From a virus (Duplodnaviria > Caudoviricetes), in the IMG/VR virus record IMGVR_UViG_3300030492_000021, positions 1 through 25,795 of that record: 25,795 nt of DNA, one strand, 5' to 3'. Of the stretch, positions 25,670-25,795 are shown one piece after another. The notes under the pieces were generated by a model that was given only the letters and a program-made list of their open reading frames with translations, had not been told where the DNA came from and searched no databases. A program made the translations under genes and the position numbers. Each line of letters opens with the position of its first letter. Within the stretch, counting starts at the first letter, position 1.

Positions 25670-25742
25670 TGACCCAGGAGGGGTTCGAACCCTCGACCCA
25701 CAGATTAAGAGTCTGTTGCTCTACCAGCTGAGCTACTAAGTC
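25670..25742 (-). tRNA. tRNA-Lys (anticodon CTT); CCA not encoded
   Basis: Reverse complement GACTTAGTAGCTCAGCTGGTAGAGCAACAGACT-CTT-AATCTGTGGGTCGAGGGTTCGAACCCCTCCTGGGTCA folds as a 73-nt cloverleaf with D-arm and GTTCGAA T-loop. Confidence 0.97.
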
Positions 25743-25780
25743 ATTGTTAATTGTTATATAGTATAACACCAAAACGGCTG

Positions 25781-25788
25781 CAAAGTTA
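25781..25788 (-). promoter_or_regulatory. Host -7 element (TAACTTTG) for tRNA-Lys
   Basis: Exact TAnnTTTG on the minus strand, 38 nt upstream of the tRNA 5' end. Confidence 0.75.
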
Positions 25789-25795
25789 AGCAATA

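Overview
This window is the right-hand ~25.7 kb of a temperate, siphovirus-like prophage in a Bacteroidota (Bacteroidales-like) host. The host assignment rests on AT-rich sequence, A-rich start contexts without Shine-Dalgarno sites and TAnnTTTG -7 promoter elements. Gene order is: small hypothetical ORFs; head module (scaffold, decoration protein, major capsid, head-tail connectors); tail tube; a free-standing NUMOD4-HNH endonuclease; tail chaperone with a probable -1 frameshift; tape measure; Dit-like protein; a 1921-aa tail tip/host-recognition protein; an antisense lipoprotein moron; a lysis cassette (membrane protein, holin, DUF5675-type endolysin, spanin-like protein); and an accessory operon of uncharacterised genes. 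It ends at a minus-strand tRNA-Lys(CTT), the likely integration site. The most notable feature is a 17-bp palindrome, TGATTG-N5-CAATCA, placed at almost the same position over the -33 element/spacer of four predicted promoters (head, tail, lysis, accessory). This suggests one DNA-binding regulator directly controls all of these operons. Integrase, repressor, terminase and portal are not in the window. Protein calls come from motif recognition and gene order, not from database searches.
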